Shown piece after piece: positions 23,187 to 23,877 of a stretch of 23,877 nt of DNA. The first letter of the stretch is position 1. Every line of letters begins with the position of its first letter. Source of the DNA: a virus (lineage: Duplodnaviria > Heunggongvirae > Uroviricota > Caudoviricetes); the IMG/VR virus record IMGVR_UViG_3300047447_000093. One strand, written 5' to 3'. The notes beneath the pieces were generated by a model. It did no database searches. It was not told where the DNA came from and saw only the letters and a program-made list of their open reading frames with translations. The position numbers and the translations under genes are program-made.

Positions 23187-23535
23187 TGTAGTAGATGTTT
23201 TGTAGTGCGGGGCAGAAGAAACCCCAAGGTTACGAGTAGAAGTAGAGTAGACATGGCGCTAATGTTGTTTGTTACCAGCCCTAAATCCTCCTTCTACCTA
23301 ACTGAGCAAAAACCGCTTTGATCCTTTAGTAGCCCTGTCGGGATGACAGTACAAACAAGGGGAGCGCCAAACGTCTAAGATGCTAGACGGAAAAAACACT
23401 ACTTGGGAAAACGTCTAATGTCGGGATGACATAAGCGCCCAATACACTAGCCATTCGGGATGAATCGCTAGCAGGGAATAAACCTAGGGAACATTTGAAC
23501 GTGAGTGTTCCCGAATTTATTAACCTGAAAGGAAT
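23187..23535 (+). ncRNA. Structured long leader or sRNA with repeated GGA-loop hairpins
   Basis: Three C(GGGAT)G stem-loops with covarying stems, two further hairpins and eight GGA motifs. Confidence 0.55.
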
Positions 23536-23540
23536 TCAAA

Positions 23541-23726
23541 ATGAAAACTTATCTTTTCATTGTAACTAGTAAAGCAACGGGATGCCGTTATGGTTTGCCT
23601 GTATGGGCATCTTGCTTCGGGGAAGCTTGTAACGCACTCATTAGTGCTTACCCTAAGTCCCAATATAAATGGGAATTTGAACGAGAGAGTGACGATAGGT
23701 TTTTCACTGGCATTTCTTGTGATTAA
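23541..23726 (+). CDS. Hypothetical protein
   Basis: 61 aa, AAAGGA RBS. Confidence 0.8.
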   Translation: MKTYLFIVTSKATGCRYGLPVWASCFGEACNALISAYPKSQYKWEFERESDDRFFTGISCD

Positions 23727-23792
23727 CATTTCAGGCCATAGCGCATTTTAAACGTGCGCTATTACATGCGGTGTTTTTAAAGGGGATTTAAA

Positions 23793-23877
23793 ATGAAATA
23801 CTACGATACCAAAGTGATCGAAATTCTAGACGGTAAAAACAAGACCAATCGCCAGAATAAAACGGAAATTGAACAAG
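23793..23877 (+). CDS. Hypothetical protein (partial, runs off the window)
   Basis: AAAGGGGA RBS; MKYYDTKVIEILDGKN... Confidence 0.7.
   Translation, partial: MKYYDTKVIEILDGKNKTNRQNKTEIEQ

Noticed and set aside
1-23877. tRNA genes, integrase or transposase, and stop-codon reassignment
   Set aside because: I saw no cloverleaf or T-loop signature and no recombinase motif. TAA, TGA and TAG all terminate well-coupled genes.

Overview
This window is part of a large lytic dsDNA tailed-phage genome (AT-rich, about 70 tightly coupled ORFs, mostly small and hypothetical). No capsid, tail, replication or tRNA genes are visible. Genes run on the minus strand up to about 4.8 kb and on the plus strand after that. 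About a dozen near-consensus sigma70 promoters and several intrinsic terminators (three with UUCG loops) are present, typical of an early or accessory host-takeover region of a phage that probably infects a Gram-negative host. Recognisable products are a SleB-type cell-wall hydrolase, a 510-aa right-handed beta-helix protein, a DUF3310-like protein, two lipoproteins, a 667-aa protein with a YfaP/DUF2135-like domain plus its 132-aa partner, an Imm5-like Ala-repeat protein and a PTH2-like peptidyl-tRNA hydrolase. Four features stand out. (1) Four tandem paralogous small proteins all end in W-x-x-S-[ST]-x(0-2)-C-stop, directly upstream of a nucleotidyltransferase-like gene. (2) A promoter-to-terminator unit at 17.9-18.2 kb lacks a usable ORF and holds a long G-U-rich hairpin. 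(3) A roughly 350-nt leader at 23.2-23.5 kb carries three C(GGGAU)G hairpins and eight GGA motifs, resembling a CsrA/RsmA sponge. (4) A 1.3-kb mostly non-coding control region contains DnaA boxes, phased palindromes and a sigma54-type promoter. All family assignments come from motif recognition by eye; no searches were run.
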